Source: an uncultured Deinococcales bacterium (lineage in GTDB: Bacteria; Deinococcota; Deinococci; Deinococcales; JAAFIG01). Taken from it: a stretch of DNA of 13,511 nt. Numbering within the stretch: position 1 is the first letter of the stretch; every line of letters begins with the position of its first letter. Shown in pieces: positions 8,871 to 13,511 of the stretch. Under the pieces are notes generated by a model. The model was given only the letters and a program-made list of their open reading frames with translations. It did not search any database and was not told the origin of the DNA. The stretch lies in contig CAXTTL010000022.1 of the NCBI GenBank assembly GCA_964247135.1, positions 1 to 13,511 of the forward strand, given 5' to 3'. The position numbers and the translations under genes are program-made.

Positions 8871-9493
8871 GTTGAGAATGTGCTGGCTCGAGCGTTCAAA
8901 GTGGAGAAACCGAATCAAAAATGGGTGACTGACATCACGTACATTCCAACAACGCAAGGTTGTTTGTATTTGGCTGTGGTGCTGGACTTGTTCTCGAGTA
9001 TGATCGTGGGTTGGGCTTTTTCTTCGAGCCTCGAGACGAAATTGGTGTTGAACGCATTAGAGAGTGCAAGACGAAAGCGTAAACCGAGTGCTGAAGGGGG
9101 TTTGTTGCATCACAGTGATCGTGGGGTGCAATACGCGAGTCTCGAGTACCGATAGGCATTAAATGCGTTGAAAGCGACGTGTAGCGTGAGTCGGAAAGGA
9201 AATTGTTGGGATGGTGACCATGCCCACTAGCTGCGTTTTATGGTCAAGAAAATGCGGTAGCTGAAAGCTTCTTTTCAACGTTGAAACTCGAGTTAGACCT
9301 GAACAAATCGATTGGAACAAAGGATTTCACGAGTGGGAGCGCGTTTTCTTGGATGGAGGGTTGGTATAACCGTGAACGTCGGCACTCGAGCCTGGGGTAT
9401 GTGTCCCCAGTGAAGTTTGAGGAGGAGTTTCTTTCTCAACCTCGAACTAACAAAACCCTTGCAATTCCAGAGTTCAGAGGTTGCTCGGTATGA
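8871..9493 (+). pseudogene. IS3-family transposase OrfB (rve integrase) remnant: 5'-truncated, with an in-frame stop and a 38-bp insertion
   Basis: PNQKWVTDITY, YLAVVLDLFS..IVGW, HHSDRGVQY, then TAG at 9153-9155, SRKGNCWD, insertion, NAVAESFFSTLKLE and WYNRERRHSSLGYVSP. All three DDE positions are recognisable. No OrfA is seen. Confidence 0.93.
9213..9250. mobile_element. 38-bp hairpin mini-insertion, copy 2, inside the IS3 integrase
   Basis: GG-TGACCAT-GCCCACTAGCTGCGTTTT-ATGGTCA-AGAA lies exactly between codons TGG GAT (WD) and AAT GCG (NA). Removing it restores both the frame and the GNCWDNAVAESFF motif. No target duplication. Confidence 0.8.
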
Positions 9494-9736
9494 TCCGTAC
9501 CATCAACATCACAGTATGAAACGATTATTTTCATGAACACTCCGTAAAACCAACACCTCACGGAAAGTCTCTTTTGCTTCAACTCGTGTTGTCAATGGTC
9601 GCAAACCCATGCGGCGGTGGCAAAAGGTAGAGTGATTCACCATGACATCGGTCTTAAATCATTATAATATACACATGATTACGCTCAAGTGTGTCGATTT
9701 TCTATACCTGCACTCGAGAAAGCAATCAAAACCGAC

Positions 9737-9742
9737 TACACT
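9737..9742 (+). promoter_or_regulatory. Probable -10 box (TACACT) for a leaderless or very short-leader mqnA transcript
   Basis: TACACT lies 9 nt upstream of GTG at 9752, and there is no SD sequence. This arrangement is common in Deinococcota. Confidence 0.5.
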
Positions 9743-9751
9743 GTTTTCACC

Positions 9752-10609
9752 GTGACCCGTCTTGGCATCATCAAGTACACCAACGTCGCTCCTTTGCTTC
9801 ATCATCTCGAGCCAGCCTTGACGGATTTTCCAGTCGAGTTTGTACGCGGCGTACCAACCGAAATCAATGCCGCGTTGCTCGAGGGACGCGTGGATTTAGC
9901 CAACATTTCGGTGTTTGAATTCCTTGAACATGCCGATTCTTTACGGGCGTTGCCCGATTTTTCGGTATCGGTGCTGGGTCCGGTTTACAGCGTAAATTTA
10001 TTTCATACCGTGCCGTGGCAAGAATTAAATGGGCGCACGATTGCGGTGACCACCCACAGCGCCACCAGCGTCAAGTTGCTCGAGACGCTTTTAAAACTTG
10101 ATGGGATTAATGCCAAGCTCGAACGCGCGACCCAAAATCTGGAAACTTTGCTCGAGACCTATCCTGCGGTCTTGCTGATCGGTGATGATGCGCTGGTAGA
10201 GTGGTACCGCTTCTGCGGTCCAATCTCTGAAACCACGCAAATGTTTGGGTTGCCCAACACTGGACAATCCTCGAGCGGCAAAACGGTGCAAGTCACAGAC
10301 TTGGCGGAAAGTTGGTACGCGCACACCGGAATGCCGTTTGTCTTCGCGGTTTGGGCTTCCAGGGCGGACAATCCGCCGCCCAAAGAGTTGGTTTTGGCAA
10401 TGCGCAACTCGAGGCGCTGGGGTGTCGGGCATCTGGCAGAGATTGCCGAACTCGAGGCGGCGCGTTTGAAGTTGCCCGTGCGAATTGTGCAACATTACCT
10501 TTGGAATTTCAGGTATCACCTCGAGGCGCCTGATCGGGCTGGTTTGGCAAGGTTTGCGCAGTTGGTGAAGCCTGAAATGGTTGGGAAATTCAGTTTTTGG
10601 AATCTTTAA
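9752..10609 (+). CDS. mqnA: Chorismate dehydratase MqnA (futalosine menaquinone pathway), 285 aa
   Basis: RLG.I.YTNVAP, GVPTEINAALLEG.VD, GPVYSV.LF, SATSV.LL, LLIGDDAL, DL...W...TGMPFVFAVW. The GTG start at 9752 matches the family N-terminus better than the track start at 9689. Confidence 0.92.
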   Translation: MTRLGIIKYTNVAPLLHHLEPALTDFPVEFVRGVPTEINAALLEGRVDLANISVFEFLEHADSLRALPDFSVSVLGPVYSVNLFHTVPWQELNGRTIAVTTHSATSVKLLETLLKLDGINAKLERATQNLETLLETYPAVLLIGDDALVEWYRFCGPISETTQMFGLPNTGQSSSGKTVQVTDLAESWYAHTGMPFVFAVWASRADNPPPKELVLAMRNSRRWGVGHLAEIAELEAARLKLPVRIVQHYLWNFRYHLEAPDRAGLARFAQLVKPEMVGKFSFWNL

Positions 10610-10630
10610 AAGATTGTTTTGAGCATATTT

Positions 10631-10695
10631 CTCGGGTTTTGATCTCGGGTTTTTCTGTTTGAGGCACTGATTATTTGCTTGTCTACTCGGGTTTT
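10631..10695 (+). repeat. Three direct copies of CTCGGGTTTT in the intergenic region
   Basis: Exact copies at 10631-10640, 10644-10653 and 10686-10695. Confidence 0.6.
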
Positions 10696-10716
10696 GTCTG
10701 GATTGCCAGCCTGGAA

Positions 10717-10778
10717 CTTGACATTGTTTAGATAACCATGTATCTTATCAATGTTCAGATATTAAGCAATGTTCAGAT
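10717..10778 (+). promoter_or_regulatory. Sigma70-type promoter overlapped by three operator-like boxes
   Basis: TTGACA (10718-10723), 17 nt, TATCTT (10741-10746). CAATGTTCAGAT occurs exactly twice (10749-10760, 10767-10778), with a variant CATTGTTTAGAT at 10722-10733. Confidence 0.75.
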
Positions 10779-10798
10779 GAAAACTCAAGGAGTAAGCC

Positions 10799-11782
10799 AT
10801 GAACGAGTCAACCCAAGAACTGCACGTGATTTTCGGCACAGGACCCCTCGGTAAATCAACCGCTCGAGAACTGCACACGCTCGGACACCGCGTGCGAATG
10901 GTCAACCGCAGCGGTCAAAGCAGCGACCTGCCCAAAACCATCGAAATTCTTAAAGGCGACGCTTATGACCTCGAGTTCACGCGCCGTGTCAGCCAAGGCG
11001 CGACCAGCGTTTACCAGTGTGCCCAACCCGCTTACCATCAATGGGCTGGGAACTTCCCAAAACTGCAAGCCAGCATTCTCGAGGCTGCCGCCAGCCACAA
11101 CGCCAAATTGATTGTTGCCGACAATTTATACATGTACGGCGCTTCAAACGGGGAAGACTTGCGAGAAACCAATGCGTACAACGCCCACACCAAAAAGGGT
11201 TTGATCCGCGCCGAAATGGCACGCAGCGCACTCGAGGCACATCAAAACGGACGGGTTCGGGTGGCGCTGGTACGTGGCTCGAATTTCTTTGGTCCAGAAG
11301 ATGAAGTCATGTCCGACCTGTTGTTCAAACCTGCACTGCAAGGCAAGCCCATGAACCTGCTCGGACGGCTCGATCAACCACATACCTTCACGTATGCCCC
11401 AGATTTTGGACGCGCCCTAACAACCATTGGCACGGTCAACGCCAAGCTCGAGCCTAGCGTTTTTGGTCGAGCCTGGCACGTTCCCAGCCCAGAATCGGTG
11501 ACGCAAAATCAATTGGTGAAATTGATTGAAGCCCAACTGGGTCACAAGGTTAAAACCCAAGTTGCGGGAGCTTTGATCTTAAACCTGCTGGGTTTGTTCA
11601 ACCCGATCATGCGAGAAGCCATCGAAATGCTTTACGAATGGAATCAGCCGTTTATCATGGACTCGAGCGATTTCCAAAAAACCTTTGGCATTAAACCCAC
11701 CCCGCTCGAGGTTGCCATCAAAGCAACGCTTGCCTGGAATCGTGGGCAAATGGCTTCGGTGGCGCGATTGTCACCTGCCTGA
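10799..11782 (+). CDS. NAD(P)-dependent epimerase/dehydratase family protein (atypical SDR)
   Basis: HVIFGTGPLG Rossmann motif, VNRSG, DNLYMYG, KKGLIRAEM, R.SNFFGP, HTFTY.PD, AWHVPS, EMLYEW..PF..DS. SD AAGGAG upstream. Confidence 0.9.
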   Translation: MNESTQELHVIFGTGPLGKSTARELHTLGHRVRMVNRSGQSSDLPKTIEILKGDAYDLEFTRRVSQGATSVYQCAQPAYHQWAGNFPKLQASILEAAASHNAKLIVADNLYMYGASNGEDLRETNAYNAHTKKGLIRAEMARSALEAHQNGRVRVALVRGSNFFGPEDEVMSDLLFKPALQGKPMNLLGRLDQPHTFTYAPDFGRALTTIGTVNAKLEPSVFGRAWHVPSPESVTQNQLVKLIEAQLGHKVKTQVAGALILNLLGLFNPIMREAIEMLYEWNQPFIMDSSDFQKTFGIKPTPLEVAIKATLAWNRGQMASVARLSPA

Positions 11783-11908
11783 AAAGCGCTAATTCCCCTC
11801 GAGCCACGCCGGCGCAGGATGTGCCACATCCGTTGAATTCTCGAGATTCGTTTTCCAGAACAGGTTATTGTTCACGCCCTTGGTGGGTGATTTTGAATCT
11901 GTCGTACC

Positions 11909-13511
11909 ATGATTGTCATTATGACCACGGCAGTCAAGCCACTCGAGAACCTGTTCAAACCGATTCAGTTGCGGCGTGCTGGTCTGGCGTTGTGCTTGTG
12001 GGGCGAGGCTGGAATTGGTAAAACGCACCTGGCAGGCGTGCTGGCTCGAGATTCTGGGTTGAAAAGCGTTAAGGTTCAGGCAAATGCCAGCCTGCTCGAG
12101 ATGACGCAAGCCTTGCCCATGCCAAAGAAGTTGCCCTTGTGGGCGCAACGTTTACCAGATCAATTGACCAATCTTGGGCATCTCGAGGCGCTTCAGGCGG
12201 CAGAATTGGTTGGGGTGCTGCTGGTGCAAGCTACCCCGATCATTCTTTGGGTTGAAGATGTCCATGAATCCAAACCAGAACGCCTGGAATTCTGGCAGAA
12301 GTTGGCGGGCATTGTCGCGCACAGCAAAGGCGTAGCGCTCCTGACAACCAGCCGTGCGGCGCTGTTAACGCCGTTTGTCTTGCATCGGGTTTTGCCAATG
12401 TCCATCGAAGAAAGCCGTTCGGCACTCGAGACAGAACTTGGTGCAGCAATTCCAGCCGAGGCACTCGAGTGGATTCAAGCTCGAGCAGCAGGCAATCCGT
12501 TGTTTGCCCTGGAATATTTTCGGACTTTGGCACGGGCTGGGTTTTTGTGGAACGATTCAAAACGTTGGCGTTGGCGACCTCCCGAAAACAATTTGATGCC
12601 GACCACCGTCGAAGCCTTGATTTTCCGCAGCTTGCTCGAGGCGTTGGATTCGCCCGCACTGGAAAAAGCGCTCAAAGCAAAAGCCTTGCTGTTTGCGGGG
12701 GCAAACGATCTGTTGTGGGCAAACGTTGCCGAACTCGAGCCGCCAGAGTTGGGGTATCTAAAACTTGAACTCGAGCGGCGCGGAATTTTGGTGGACGGGC
12801 AGTTTGTTCACCCGCTTTTTCGAGAAGTGACCTTGGAAAGTTTGACGCCGCTCGAGCGAAAAACTTTTGCCAGACGAGCCATTCAAGCTTTAGAGATGGA
12901 TGCTGCAGAATTGGCGGCAGAATTGATTCAAGCTGCGGCACTGTTACCCAGCGAAGCTTTTGCCTTGCTGGAACGGGCGGCAACACGAACTGAGAATTCT
13001 TTACAGGCTGCTCGGTTGAAAGCTCGAGCCGTTGAATTTGCTGAACTTGAACGGCGCGGGGCTTTGGCGTTTGAAGCCGCAAATTTGCTCGAGCCTTTTG
13101 ATTTACAGCAAGCAGAACAACTGATGGCACAGGCTGTGCAATTGCAACACGACCTTGAAGCCCATTATGGCTGGATCGTGTTGCTGGTCAGGCTCGGAAA
13201 AATTGAACAGGCAAGTCAAGTATTTTCGCAACTTTCTATAGCAGAACGCGAATCTAGACGTGGTTTAGAGACCCGCTTGTTCTTGCAATACCGCCAAGCC
13301 GACGACGCTGGTGCGGTGAGCATCTGGCGCAACGAACTTCAAGCAGATACCGACATTGACCCGTCAGCCCTCTCGTATCTGACCCATGCGCTGGCAAACA
13401 CGGGTCAGACCGAACTGGCATTTGAGATAGCCCTGAACGCTCTCGAGCGTCCCAACCTGAGTGCTCGGCAACGTGGGCAGTTGCTTGAAGTGTGTGGTAT
13501 TTTCGAGTTCA
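11909..13511 (+). CDS. STAND-class (AAA_16/MalT-like) ATPase with helical TPR-like region; 3' end outside the window; absent from the ORF track
   Basis: Manual translation is open from ATG 11909 (or 11921) to the window end. Walker A GEAGIGKT, Walker B ILWVEDVH, sensor TTSR, GNPLF (GxP) and FVHPLFRE winged-helix motif, then Ala/Leu/Glu-rich helices. In-frame upstream TGA at 11894-11896. Confidence 0.88.
   Translation, partial: MIVIMTTAVKPLENLFKPIQLRRAGLALCLWGEAGIGKTHLAGVLARDSGLKSVKVQANASLLEMTQALPMPKKLPLWAQRLPDQLTNLGHLEALQAAELVGVLLVQATPIILWVEDVHESKPERLEFWQKLAGIVAHSKGVALLTTSRAALLTPFVLHRVLPMSIEESRSALETELGAAIPAEALEWIQARAAGNPLFALEYFRTLARAGFLWNDSKRWRWRPPENNLMPTTVEALIFRSLLEALDSPALEKALKAKALLFAGANDLLWANVAELEPPELGYLKLELERRGILVDGQFVHPLFREVTLESLTPLERKTFARRAIQALEMDAAELAAELIQAAALLPSEAFALLERAATRTENSLQAARLKARAVEFAELERRGALAFEAANLLEPFDLQQAEQLMAQAVQLQHDLEAHYGWIVLLVRLGKIEQASQVFSQLSIAERESRRGLETRLFLQYRQADDAGAVSIWRNELQADTDIDPSALSYLTHALANTGQTELAFEIALNALERPNLSARQRGQLLEVCGIFEF

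Larger units (their letters stand above)
17..13447. repeat. Dispersed, highly iterated palindrome CTCGAG (about 100 copies across the window)
   Basis: Hand count of 102 exact CTCGAG, first at 17-22 and last at 13442-13447, about one per 130 bp. Expectation at about 55% GC is roughly 4. Confidence 0.95.

Noticed and set aside
8757-9155. ORF-track 132-aa ORF, and the 70-aa ORF at 9281-9493, as separate genes
   Set aside because: Both are fragments of one disrupted IS3 OrfB.
9539-9560. Possible degraded right terminal repeat of the IS3 (ACTCCGTAAAACCAACACCTCA, ending in CA)
   Set aside because: No matching left repeat or target duplication was found, so the element ends cannot be supported.
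1-13511. CRISPR array, tRNA or rRNA genes
   Set aside because: No regularly spaced 23-47 bp repeats and no cloverleaf or rRNA-like segments were seen. The CTCGAG spacing is irregular and mostly intragenic.

Overview
Bacterial chromosomal window, roughly 55% GC by eye. It is probably Deinococcota/Deinococcales-like, judged from the MqnA and STAND-ATPase sequences and a -10 box next to a start codon. Gene order: 3' end of a NarL/LuxR response regulator; a convergent DUF1684 gene; an orphan OsmF/YehZ-type osmoprotectant-binding protein; a class I pyridine nucleotide-disulfide oxidoreductase (RclA/MerA-like, but without the MerA Cys pair); an archaeal-type glycogen debranching enzyme with a large GH63-like glucosidase; a decayed IS3-family transposase; mqnA; an atypical SDR with a clear promoter and three operator-like boxes; and a STAND ATPase/TPR gene that runs off the right edge and is missing from the ORF track. 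Two non-gene signals stand out. (1) The palindrome CTCGAG occurs about 100 times (102 by hand count, versus about 4 expected), in all reading frames, in intergenic DNA and in the dead IS, so it behaves like a HIP1-type highly iterated palindrome. (2) Two related 36-38 bp hairpin insertions, one in a REP-like repeat and one splitting the conserved WD/NA motif of the IS3 integrase, share an 18-nt loop and a CAAGAA tail, and 5 of their 6 stem pairs covary. This suggests a very small structured mobile element family that I do not recognise.
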